From Cellvibrionaceae bacterium (GTDB taxonomy: Bacteria > Pseudomonadota > Gammaproteobacteria > Pseudomonadales > Cellvibrionaceae): a stretch of DNA of 64,000 nt. The translations under genes were made by a program, and so were the position numbers. Below, piece by piece: positions 44,051 through 53,002 of this stretch (position 1 is its first letter; each line of letters starts with the position of its first letter). Below the pieces are notes generated by a model, which was not told the DNA's origin, ran no database searches, and was given only the letters and a program-made list of their open reading frames with translations. The DNA lies in NCBI GenBank assembly GCA_050633525.1, contig JBOEGR010000027.1, positions 21,872 to 85,871 of the forward strand, written 5' to 3'.

Positions 44051-45187
44051 ATGAAGTGTCTATCAAAAGTAAGCCTGATAGTATTTATTATTACCTTACC
44101 AATTTATGGCAACAGTACAGAAACCCTCTTTAACGAACAAGAACGTAAAACGATTTTGTCCTTTGGCCCTTGGCCACCTACTCAACGCCCTGACATAAGC
44201 AACCGTTTTTCAGGTAATAAGAAAGCCATAAAACTAGGAAAAGGATTATTCTTTGATAAAAACCTATCAAAAAATAACATTTTTGCATGTGCCAGCTGCC
44301 ATGCCCCTGATCGACACTTTAGTGATGGACTAAATGTCTCAAAAAGCGCCCACATTGCCACCTCATTAACACGTAATACACCTAGCATATTGAATCTAGC
44401 CAATAACCGTTGGTTTGGTTGGGGTGGTGAAACAGATTCATTATGGGCTCACTCTATTCGCCCATTACTATCACCACTGGAAATGGGCAATACTGCAAGC
44501 AACCTTAAACAATATATAAACCAAAAAAGTACTTATCGTAAACTATATTTTGAGCTGGCAGGAAAAATGCCGGATCAAGACAGTGACAATGAAGTCTTGG
44601 TCACTATTGCCAAAGCCTTAGCCTCTTTTCAGGAAACTTTAATCAGCCCTGCATCATCCTTTGACTCTTTCAGAGAAGCATTATCAAAAAATAATAAGGA
44701 TGGAATAGAAAAATACTCAGCAAGTGCTCAGCGAGGACTAAAATTATTTATAGGCGAAGGTCGTTGCAATCTATGTCATTTTGGCTCCAAATTTAGCAGT
44801 GGCGAATTTGCCGACATTGGCATTCCCTTTTTAATAAAAGGCGGTGTTGACCCGGGGCGCTACATAGGTATTAAAGAGTTTAAAACCTCACCCTACAATC
44901 AAATGGGTGCATTTAACGATGCACCAAAACATATGATCAAGCTAACGCAATATGTTCGACTTCAACACAGAAACTGGGGAGAATTCAAGGTACCATCATT
45001 GCGCGGCATACGCCACACCGCACCCTATATGCACAATGGTAGCATTCCCACCTTAGAGGGCGTAATCGAGCACTATAACAATATCAATATGAACAGATTA
45101 CATGTCGATGGAGAAAGAATTCTTCGCCCTCTAAATCTAACAAAACAACAAACTCAAGACTTACTGACCTTTCTTAAGAGTCTCTAA
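44051..45187 (+). CDS. Di-heme cytochrome c peroxidase / MauG family protein
   Basis: Two CxxCH motifs (CASCH, CNLCH); conserved NTPSILN, FKVPSLRGI, APYMHNGS. Confidence 0.88.
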   Translation: MKCLSKVSLIVFIITLPIYGNSTETLFNEQERKTILSFGPWPPTQRPDISNRFSGNKKAIKLGKGLFFDKNLSKNNIFACASCHAPDRHFSDGLNVSKSAHIATSLTRNTPSILNLANNRWFGWGGETDSLWAHSIRPLLSPLEMGNTASNLKQYINQKSTYRKLYFELAGKMPDQDSDNEVLVTIAKALASFQETLISPASSFDSFREALSKNNKDGIEKYSASAQRGLKLFIGEGRCNLCHFGSKFSSGEFADIGIPFLIKGGVDPGRYIGIKEFKTSPYNQMGAFNDAPKHMIKLTQYVRLQHRNWGEFKVPSLRGIRHTAPYMHNGSIPTLEGVIEHYNNINMNRLHVDGERILRPLNLTKQQTQDLLTFLKSL

Positions 45188-45193
45188 GTTCTA

Positions 45194-46786
45194 TTATTTA
45201 ACTCCAATATTACGAGTCATGTACATCATAACCCCTAGGATCAACAGTAATAAAAATGTGCCTGATAATAGAGCCGATTCTTCTAACTTTAATACAGAAT
45301 ACAAGACGCCATATAACACCGTTAATAGCACAGCAACAATAGAAGCCCTAGCAAGACTGCGAATAGCAGAATAAGCATAAAGGCTAACCATCACAATAAT
45401 AATAAAAGCGGCGGATAAATAAGCGTTAAGAAAACCAAAGTGCTCAGCTAAAGACAACAAGGTTAAATAAAATAGCGACAGTGCCAAACCGATCATGCCG
45501 TATTGAACCAAGTGCAACGACTTATTGATTCCTAGCTCAAATAGTAAAAAGACAATATATGTCAGTATAAAAAATAGCGAACCGTATTTAATCGCCCGCG
45601 TGACTTTTGAATAAAGCGACACCGACTCAAAAATATCGACCCCCGCCACAAACTCATTAACGTTGAACTTATTTGTCTCTAGCGTCCATAGTTGAGGGTA
45701 ACTTCTTGCTAAATTAGGCACCGACCAGTAGGCATCAAAACCCTCTGCACTAACCTGACGATCATTGGGTAACACACTACCTTGAAAACTTGGATGCGGC
45801 CAATCAGAACGCACTTTCACATTAGTGACCTTACCGAAAGGGGTAAAGTAAAAGCCCTTACTACCATTGGCATTCATATCTAAGGCAAAAGTATAAAACG
45901 CAGTACCTTTTTCAGCATTTACTGCGTTTATATTGGTATAACTAAGATCGATAGGCGCGTGAAAACCATTCGCTAACGTTTTTATCATCTTTGTACCGGG
46001 CTCAAAATCAATTTCTTGCTGCCTTTTTTTACCTGTTACTCCCCCTGCTTCGCTACCCTGTGTACCTTCGTACTGCCAAGATAATGCAGATACGCTATTG
46101 ATCGCTTGCGTATCGGTAATACCCAAGGTTAGCCAAGCGCGATCCCAATGAATTTTATCGATGTTGTTTGATAAGCTACCAATATCTGGCCGCTTAAAGC
46201 GACCGCGCATACTTAAATTCATACTATACACTTGGGCTTCATATAAATTCCTCTGACGCGTTTTAGTAGATAATGCAGCATCAATTTCTAAGTTTTCGGG
46301 CAAGACAATAGCCGTGCGCTGGTAGTAATTTGTTTGGTTCACTCGGCGCTCGATACCGTCCTTATCCGTCACTGTTTTTACCGTGGTTATTTTATCCGTA
46401 TAAGGGATCAATAAAGCGGGGCCTGATAAAGACTGCTGCTGCCCCCACGTATCAGCAATATCCGACAACACAGAATGGTATAAACCATTCCGCTCAGACA
46501 CAACATCACTCACTAGACTCAACGGAATATTCATTAATCCTACCAACACCACAATCAATGCAAACCGAAACACCAAAGAGCGGCTCAACTGTTTAAGATA
46601 GCTTAAATACGATTGGAAAGAACCCCCTGGCGAACCGACCAACCCCCCCTCTTCCTGCTGCTTCGGCCCTTGAATAAACCCTAATTTTCTCGCCATAAAA
46701 ATGGCAAAGAAAATCGCCCCAGCTAACAATGCCAAGAAAAAAACCAAACCGATTAACGAAAATAATATAGCCACTACCCACCTCAC
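45194..46786 (-). CDS. creD: Inner-membrane protein CreD family
   Basis: N-terminal region LVGLMNIPLSLVSDVVSERN, a large periplasmic part and a C-terminal cluster of TM helices. It is about 80 aa longer at the N-terminus than typical CreD, so the start is uncertain. Confidence 0.75.
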   Translation of the reverse strand: MRWVVAILFSLIGLVFFLALLAGAIFFAIFMARKLGFIQGPKQQEEGGLVGSPGGSFQSYLSYLKQLSRSLVFRFALIVVLVGLMNIPLSLVSDVVSERNGLYHSVLSDIADTWGQQQSLSGPALLIPYTDKITTVKTVTDKDGIERRVNQTNYYQRTAIVLPENLEIDAALSTKTRQRNLYEAQVYSMNLSMRGRFKRPDIGSLSNNIDKIHWDRAWLTLGITDTQAINSVSALSWQYEGTQGSEAGGVTGKKRQQEIDFEPGTKMIKTLANGFHAPIDLSYTNINAVNAEKGTAFYTFALDMNANGSKGFYFTPFGKVTNVKVRSDWPHPSFQGSVLPNDRQVSAEGFDAYWSVPNLARSYPQLWTLETNKFNVNEFVAGVDIFESVSLYSKVTRAIKYGSLFFILTYIVFLLFELGINKSLHLVQYGMIGLALSLFYLTLLSLAEHFGFLNAYLSAAFIIIVMVSLYAYSAIRSLARASIVAVLLTVLYGVLYSVLKLEESALLSGTFLLLLILGVMMYMTRNIGVK

Positions 46787-46904
46787 TTATTATAAATTGA
46801 GGAGATAATACGGGCTAAAAGTGCCAAACCTAGGTGTGAAAAATGATGAATTGTGGCAAGCTATTGAGCACTCGTTGCCGACTAAGGTTTAAATAAACTG
46901 AAAA

Positions 46905-47261
46905 ATGAAAAAGATATTGATTTTACTATTGCTACTTTTGGCTGCCTGCGACTCAGGCACATTATGGGAAGATGAACAATATGCGGTGTATTGGATCGAC
47001 TCTTCGGAAAACATTAGCCTCGGTATTAAAATCAATGACAGTACATTTATTGGCAGACACGGTCCTCCGCCATTTTCCGTTGGCAGCAACAATCAATATT
47101 TGGTGGTTAAAGAAGAGCAAGCCTACTACTATATTATAAAGAAAGAAGATAGCTGGAAGAATGACAATGCTGAAGGTAGGCACGGGCCTTTCACCGAAAA
47201 CGTATTTCTAAAGTACAAGCAAGAACTTCAATTACCCGAATTTGAAGTCCATTTTAATTAA
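46905..47261 (+). CDS. Hypothetical lipoprotein
   Basis: Lipobox LLLAAC directly after MKKILILLL; 118 aa. Confidence 0.55.
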   Translation: MKKILILLLLLLAACDSGTLWEDEQYAVYWIDSSENISLGIKINDSTFIGRHGPPPFSVGSNNQYLVVKEEQAYYYIIKKEDSWKNDNAEGRHGPFTENVFLKYKQELQLPEFEVHFN

Positions 47262-47343
47262 CACTGAAAATTCATCAAACTCAATCGATTCTGCAAACAC
47301 TAGTGGATAAAAACCACTTTAAATCAAGCACTTGATCCACAAA

Positions 47344-47631
47344 TCAACATTGTTTAAATTTCCTAGATAACCACAAGATAAGCTTGCAAAAACTTATAAT
47401 GAGAACACCCAAGGAAAAAGAGAGAAGCCCTACTTCTTGCTGGTTTAAATTTTCAATTTGGCCATCAAGTGTGCTTTCTTGAGTGAATATTGCAAGCAGA
47501 CCAAATAAAATTAAAACAACTCCAAGAAAATAATAAAACCCCGGCCTAAAAATAAGCATGATCCTAAGAGAGAACCTCGCAACATTCTCAACAGCTCTAA
47601 GGTTATTCTTTGGATCAAGGTCCATTTTCAT
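47344..47631 (-). CDS. Hypothetical small membrane protein
   Basis: 95 aa with two hydrophobic helices and no motif. Confidence 0.4.
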   Translation of the reverse strand: MKMDLDPKNNLRAVENVARFSLRIMLIFRPGFYYFLGVVLILFGLLAIFTQESTLDGQIENLNQQEVGLLSFSLGVLIISFCKLILWLSRKFKQC

Positions 47632-47769
47632 TTACCAACAAGCATAACTGTCTATTAATAGCCCCAGTAATAAGGTAGCCTTTGCTTTTTTATTTACACA
47701 ACTAAACAGTTCATTTCTAAAAGTTTTCAGAATATATAATTATCTTTTATATTCGCCTGCTACTAAATA

Positions 47770-49245
47770 CTAATTAACCTCAACTGGCTTAGCAATCACC
47801 ATTGGGTACACACTACTCGAAACTGCTTTAGGGTCAATCGGGCCGATGCTGACTTGCCAGTCGCCTGCTTGGGTAATGGCATTACCACTGGGTGATAAGC
47901 GCGCGATCACTTCCACTTTATCGGCACTACTTAAGGTCATGCCTGGCGCCATGTTCATGGTGTCATCAAGTTCCAGTGTTAGGGGCAATTGAGCGGCCGT
48001 TATACGCGTGATCGCTAAGGGTACTTTAGCGCCCTGCCATGCGCGTGCGTAAATAAAAACAGCATGATTAGGGTCTGCTGGTACACCTTCGCCCAGTGAT
48101 ACGGCTAGTTTAATAACGGGGGGTGCGCTTTCACCATTTGGGCTTTCGGCGATTTTATTTTGTTCGTTAGCGATAATTTCGTTATTTTCACCGCTGACAC
48201 TTTCACCACTGGCGCTTGCATTAGTTGGCTGCGCAGCGAGGCGTGCTTGCGCTTGGACAATACCGCCTTGAAGCGCACGTCCATTCGCTGAGTTGGGCGG
48301 ATAAATAGCCACGGCTTTTTGCCAGTGGCCAATGGCTGCTTCATAATTCGCATTTTGAAACTCGACAATACCCATCAAACCCAAAGCCATCACATTGTTA
48401 GGCTGTATGTTTAGTGCTCTGCCTGCCAACATGCCGACAACCGGCACTGCTCGATTATTTGCTTGAGCAAAAACAGCCTGCGCCAATTCCGCCATCATTT
48501 GTGCGGCCTGCGGCTCTTTTTCCAGCACTTGTTGATAAACCTCAATGGCTTTCTCATAGGCCCCTGTGCTAACCGCAGTTCTTGCTAATAGTACTTTTGT
48601 GTCAAGGTCGTCTGGTCTATCGATAACATACTTTTCAAGATCAACGACAAGCTCACGGTTTAACTGATCCAACTGACCACTAATGGATTTTGACGCTGGG
48701 GCACGGCTTAATTGCTCTTCTAATGCGACTTGTTGCTTTAATTTTTCCTGTAGCTGCCAGCCATCGGCATGACCTAACCATTGATAAAAGCCTATCGCAC
48801 TCAGAGGCAACAATATAAACACAGCTGCAATATAAAAAACGGGGGTACGGCCTTGCTTAGCATTCACTTCCGTTTCGCTATGATTTTGGTCATTTTCCAA
48901 CGGGCTATCTTTTAGCTGAGCGCCTTGGAGTTGACTGTCCTCTATGAGGTTGCGTTCTAATTCTTGCTTTAAGAGATCAAATTGCGTTTGATCTATATTA
49001 CCTTGGGCTAAGCTTTTCTCTAAATCTTGCAGGTGATCATCATAAAGAGCAACATTAATATCCTCTCGCTTCACTGTGACCGTTTGTGCTTCTGTAGCAT
49101 CCGCTGACTTGCTAGTAGAAAATACAATAGCTTTTATTAAAGGCCATAAGGCGAAGGCTATACCTGCCAGAATAAGCGCGATCGCGCCGATATAAAACGC
49201 CGTGTCTGCACCTAAGGCCGCAGCGCTTGAATCAAAAGAGTTCAT
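47770..49245 (-). CDS. ccmI: Cytochrome c-type biogenesis protein CcmI (TPR-containing)
   Basis: Two N-terminal TM segments, TPR-like repeats (ANYEAAIGHWQKAVAIYP), and a 4-nt overlap with the ccmH stop. Confidence 0.8.
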   Translation of the reverse strand: MNSFDSSAAALGADTAFYIGAIALILAGIAFALWPLIKAIVFSTSKSADATEAQTVTVKREDINVALYDDHLQDLEKSLAQGNIDQTQFDLLKQELERNLIEDSQLQGAQLKDSPLENDQNHSETEVNAKQGRTPVFYIAAVFILLPLSAIGFYQWLGHADGWQLQEKLKQQVALEEQLSRAPASKSISGQLDQLNRELVVDLEKYVIDRPDDLDTKVLLARTAVSTGAYEKAIEVYQQVLEKEPQAAQMMAELAQAVFAQANNRAVPVVGMLAGRALNIQPNNVMALGLMGIVEFQNANYEAAIGHWQKAVAIYPPNSANGRALQGGIVQAQARLAAQPTNASASGESVSGENNEIIANEQNKIAESPNGESAPPVIKLAVSLGEGVPADPNHAVFIYARAWQGAKVPLAITRITAAQLPLTLELDDTMNMAPGMTLSSADKVEVIARLSPSGNAITQAGDWQVSIGPIDPKAVSSSVYPMVIAKPVEVN

Positions 49246-49751
49246 TGCTTAATTTTCTCAGATTGTGAATGATTGACGAGTGAATCTAGCTTCCCTTGTT
49301 CTTCCTCGCTTAAAGGGTGACTTGCGATTACCTTATTACGTCGCTGCCGAATGATCAGCGTTAGAGCAATTAAGCCTATCGATAACATCACCAAGGGAAA
49401 TAACCATAGTAAAAGAGTGGATGCTTTTAGAGGAGGTTTATATAAAACAAAATCCCCGTAGCGCTCCACCATAAAAGCTTTGATTTCGGTATCTGTTTTT
49501 CCTTCTAACAATAAACGGTGTAGCTCACGGCGGAGGTCTATCGATATTTGAGAGTTAGAGCCGGCCAAGTTTTGGTTTTGGCATTTAGGGCAGCGTAACT
49601 CTTCAATAAGCACAAGATAACGCTGACGCTGTGACTCTGTATCAAACTTATGCAAATCAACAACGGCCATACTTGGTGATGACTGAAAGGTAGAGATACC
49701 AGCAATAAGGGCAAAAATGAATAGGCTTAAGTAACGGGTATTGAAGGGCAT
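49242..49751 (-). CDS. ccmH: Cytochrome c-type biogenesis protein CcmH
   Basis: LRCPKCQNQNL (LRCxxCQ thiol-redox motif), signal peptide, C-terminal TM segment. Confidence 0.9.
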   Translation of the reverse strand: MPFNTRYLSLFIFALIAGISTFQSSPSMAVVDLHKFDTESQRQRYLVLIEELRCPKCQNQNLAGSNSQISIDLRRELHRLLLEGKTDTEIKAFMVERYGDFVLYKPPLKASTLLLWLFPLVMLSIGLIALTLIIRQRRNKVIASHPLSEEEQGKLDSLVNHSQSEKIKQ

Positions 49752-50051
49752 ATCGTCAACTCGTAGTAGTAAATCATGGCAGCAACTAAAATAGATAAAA
49801 AGCGACTATTATCGGAGAACATTATACGCATCATATACCTTAGTTGTATGTGATAAACCCCTATTATTCTATGAGACCCTTACTTCTAAGTAGTCATTCT
49901 ACTTTCTAGAGGTATTAACAATGTAATGAATCAGCCATTTACCTCGATCCCGCTTCACTACCTACACCAAACTCCCCTTTTTAGTGCATTTCTTATTCAT
50001 CATGAAGGAGAAAAAGGCTTGACGTTGAAGAAAAAAAGTAGGAACATAAAC

Positions 50052-50070
50052 GATAATGATTATCATTTAT
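50052..50070. promoter_or_regulatory. Fur box upstream of the 50125 gene
   Basis: GATAATGATTATCATTTAT matches the consensus GATAATGATAATCATTATC at 15/19. Confidence 0.8.
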
Positions 50071-50124
50071 ATTTAAGCCACATTAATCTAGACAACACTA
50101 CAGTGAAAATAAAGAGGCCTCACA

Positions 50125-50691
50125 ATGCTTGCTGACTTTCCTCAACTAAACAAGGAAGATGCACTAGAACAGACCAATAAGCGATCTACAAAGCCGGCTA
50201 ATCACGATCAGCTAAGATCTTACTGGCGCTATTATGCCGGTAAGGCACACGCTTTACACAAAAATGGCAAGGCAAAACAAGCAATTAAGCTCTTTGCTCA
50301 ATGTATTTCTATTGCAAATTGCCTACTTCATAAGAAGATAGAACACACTCAACAAAGTGGAATAGAGCTCCACTACTTTGCTTCGCATAATTTAGCTGCC
50401 TGCCAGAATCAGTTGCAGCTAGGAACCGATGCAGAGCATACCTTACGTCGTAGCTATCAAACTATAATCAATCTTTGTAGCGAGCCTACAGTACATTATG
50501 AAACAAAATTGGATGCCTTATCGGTTTTGGATAAAAGCTTATTTTCACTCACATCTCAACTTGCTTACCTTGGCAAAATTGGGGAAATACATGAGCTGAT
50601 TGCACAAACTGATCAGTTTGCAGAAAAAACAATGAGCATATTAAACTCAGGTTCTATATTACAATCAAAGAAATCGATACATCCTCAATAA
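50125..50691 (+). CDS. Hypothetical cytoplasmic helical protein, putatively Fur-regulated
   Basis: 188 aa; RBS aagagg 8 nt upstream; Fur box 55 nt upstream; no recognisable motif. Confidence 0.55.
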   Translation: MLADFPQLNKEDALEQTNKRSTKPANHDQLRSYWRYYAGKAHALHKNGKAKQAIKLFAQCISIANCLLHKKIEHTQQSGIELHYFASHNLAACQNQLQLGTDAEHTLRRSYQTIINLCSEPTVHYETKLDALSVLDKSLFSLTSQLAYLGKIGEIHELIAQTDQFAEKTMSILNSGSILQSKKSIHPQ

Positions 50692-50706
50692 TGGATTAGT
50701 CATAAG

Positions 50707-51885
50707 CTAAAGATAGGCAAAAGATAAATGATTATCCCAAGCAAGGCCTTCATTGTTGTAACGTTTTATAACTGCGCCCGTGAACGTATTAAGCTGCATA
50801 AATGCTCCACTACCGTTGGTTGCATACAGTGCTTGTGATGAAAGCGCTTGAGAGGAACCGGGATGATGTGTTGGAGTGATTGCCAAGCCTGCCGCATCTG
50901 GGCTATACAAACTGGATAGGTAGCGATATTCATTCACATCCCAAAAACTAATCATATTTCCTCTCGGAGAGCTAAGCGTTAAAGTATCTCCCTTAACGAC
51001 TAGACTAGCTGTATATCGATTGTGAGACTTCCAAACAGTATCCTCAGCAATAAAAGGCTCCAAGTTTCGCCCATATTTTTGAGAAAATAACAATGGAGTA
51101 TCTGTCTCTCGATATGATTGCGCACCAATAAAAACATCATCTCTTTCATTGCATGATATATGTCGCAAACTCAACTGTTTAAATGCTGTTTTATATCTGT
51201 CAATAACGCGACCTGTTTGAGTATCGATATAGGCTAACGATGAATCAAAGGCATTTTGGCTCAGCGCACTCTTCGATTGGGGAAGACTTTTTAACAAACC
51301 ACCATTAGCCACCACCAAGGTTCGGTTATCGGATAACAAAATAGTTTGATGAGGGCCAATACCTCCCGTACTGAACTCACCGATTCTCTTGTAGTCCGCA
51401 GAGCTATCATAAACTCCTATAAGACCAAGGCCTTTTTGCACATCGTTTTCTACTGTATAAAGATAACGATATTCTTTATCAAAAACACCGTGCCCGTAAA
51501 AATGCCGCTGTCGGGGTGCTTTTATTACACTTAATACTGGCTGACCCTGAATATCGACGATATAAATATGCCTGCTTGGGCTACGACCAAAAAAGATGGC
51601 CTGCTGAGTAAGTGGGTTATAAATACTATCGTGGGCGCGTTCTGCTATCGGTATTTTAAAATACAATTGTCCCTGTTCTGTTATCGCAATAAGATAATGT
51701 AAACCTTGCTTATCTTTTGCAGCTGATAACAGTAAGGAGTGTGGTGCTTTTGTTTCTTTATTAGAAAAATAAAGCGGTGCACTTGCTAAAGCAAAAAAGG
51801 AAAAACCACCCGTAATGATTTGTCGACGTGTTAGATTATTTTTAATAGAAAATCGCATTAAATAGACCAAAACGTCAGGAGTCAC
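50707..51885 (-). CDS. DUF1513 (beta-propeller-like) periplasmic protein with a Tat signal
   Basis: Twin-arginine motif TRRQIITGG followed by a hydrophobic stretch. Last gene of the imelysin cluster. The track start is GTG at 51885; an ATG at 51858 (MRFSIKNN...) is an alternative. Confidence 0.75.
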   Translation of the reverse strand: MTPDVLVYLMRFSIKNNLTRRQIITGGFSFFALASAPLYFSNKETKAPHSLLLSAAKDKQGLHYLIAITEQGQLYFKIPIAERAHDSIYNPLTQQAIFFGRSPSRHIYIVDIQGQPVLSVIKAPRQRHFYGHGVFDKEYRYLYTVENDVQKGLGLIGVYDSSADYKRIGEFSTGGIGPHQTILLSDNRTLVVANGGLLKSLPQSKSALSQNAFDSSLAYIDTQTGRVIDRYKTAFKQLSLRHISCNERDDVFIGAQSYRETDTPLLFSQKYGRNLEPFIAEDTVWKSHNRYTASLVVKGDTLTLSSPRGNMISFWDVNEYRYLSSLYSPDAAGLAITPTHHPGSSQALSSQALYATNGSGAFMQLNTFTGAVIKRYNNEGLAWDNHLSFAYL

Positions 51886-52984
51886 CGTCGCTAGAATTGA
51901 AACCCAATTGAACGCCTAAAATTTCGCTAAGGTCTATTTTTATCAAACGCCTTAAACTAACTAACTCAATATATAAAGACTTAATATTTGCTTCAGATTC
52001 AGGCTTAGCTTGCGATATTGACATAAAAAATGAACTGTCAGCCCAGTCATTTTCTAGCAAATGTAATACTACGTTTAACTGAGAATGTAATTTTTCCGTT
52101 AATATTAACGCTGCTTTTGGTTCTTTGAATTGAAGCAATTCGATTAAACCACCCTCCAGCAGCACAGTTTGCAAGGAAAGTATATTTTGCTTAACATTAT
52201 CTAGAGAAGTTTGACTACGCCAAGACTCTAAAAAATAAGCGTTCGAATTTACTTTTTTAGTATCGCTTTGAGCAAGGGAAAAAGGGCTCGCTATTTTTTT
52301 TCCAACCACATTATCTAACATGCCTATAATATTATTTACAAGAATAGAAACCCCTTTTGCAGGCGAATCAATCTCAGATAATGCTTGTGGCTTATCGATG
52401 CTCACAAAGTTATTATCATGATAAATAAGCCAATCACGATGTAAGCTGCCACTGACCTGTTTCACTTTATTCACTATAGAAACAATCGACAAACAGCGTT
52501 GGCTCGCTGTAAATAACTTTTTCGCTTGTTCGTCATAAAGTAAATACTCAAGCGCTGAAAGACCTTGTACAACGACACCTTCACTATCAAGGTCGGCTTC
52601 TGTCATCATTTCACTGTTAGTTAATCGTTTTTTAATTTTTCGACCCACTAGATTTTTTTTATCAGGCCAAAATTGTAAGGCCCACTCCCTACCTTCTTGC
52701 TTAATAGGTCCGAATTGAACCCACTGCACCGCTTGCCATGCAGACATACTGTGCTTCCAATGCTTATTCAGGACGTTAAAAACTGCATCATAATCGGGGT
52801 TAGTTTGCTTACAAGATTTTGCCTGTTCTGCAAAAGCAATTGATTGCTGATGCAAGCGATCATAGGCAGGCGCTATAACCTGCTGAGAGGCAGTATGAAT
52901 AAATTGAACTGATGGTGATGGTTTAGCGCAAGCAGCAATCGATAAAGAGAAAGCACATATATAAAATAGTAATATAATTTTCAT
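51875..52984 (-). CDS. Imelysin-like lipoprotein lacking the HxxE motif
   Basis: Lipobox LSIAAC. GLSALEYLLYDE aligns with the GYHAVEFLLWGQD motif of the upstream imelysin, but with His replaced by Ser. Start taken as the ATG at 52984 (the track uses the TTG at 52993). Confidence 0.65.
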   Translation of the reverse strand: MKIILLFYICAFSLSIAACAKPSPSVQFIHTASQQVIAPAYDRLHQQSIAFAEQAKSCKQTNPDYDAVFNVLNKHWKHSMSAWQAVQWVQFGPIKQEGREWALQFWPDKKNLVGRKIKKRLTNSEMMTEADLDSEGVVVQGLSALEYLLYDEQAKKLFTASQRCLSIVSIVNKVKQVSGSLHRDWLIYHDNNFVSIDKPQALSEIDSPAKGVSILVNNIIGMLDNVVGKKIASPFSLAQSDTKKVNSNAYFLESWRSQTSLDNVKQNILSLQTVLLEGGLIELLQFKEPKAALILTEKLHSQLNVVLHLLENDWADSSFFMSISQAKPESEANIKSLYIELVSLRRLIKIDLSEILGVQLGFNSSDGDS

Positions 52985-53002
52985 CGTATCCAAACTGCTT
53001 TA

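Noticed and set aside
46836-46850. Cre-tag-like direct repeat upstream of creD (minus strand TTCAT-N5-TTCAC).
   Set aside because: One repeat is imperfect, the spacing is 5 rather than 6 nt, and no creBC genes are present in the window.
49926-50135. 69-aa ORF upstream of the Fur-box-preceded gene.
   Set aside because: It contains the Fur box and promoter region of the 50125 gene and has no RBS. The same reasoning applies to the ORF at 56162-56368, which overlaps the hmuT promoter and start.
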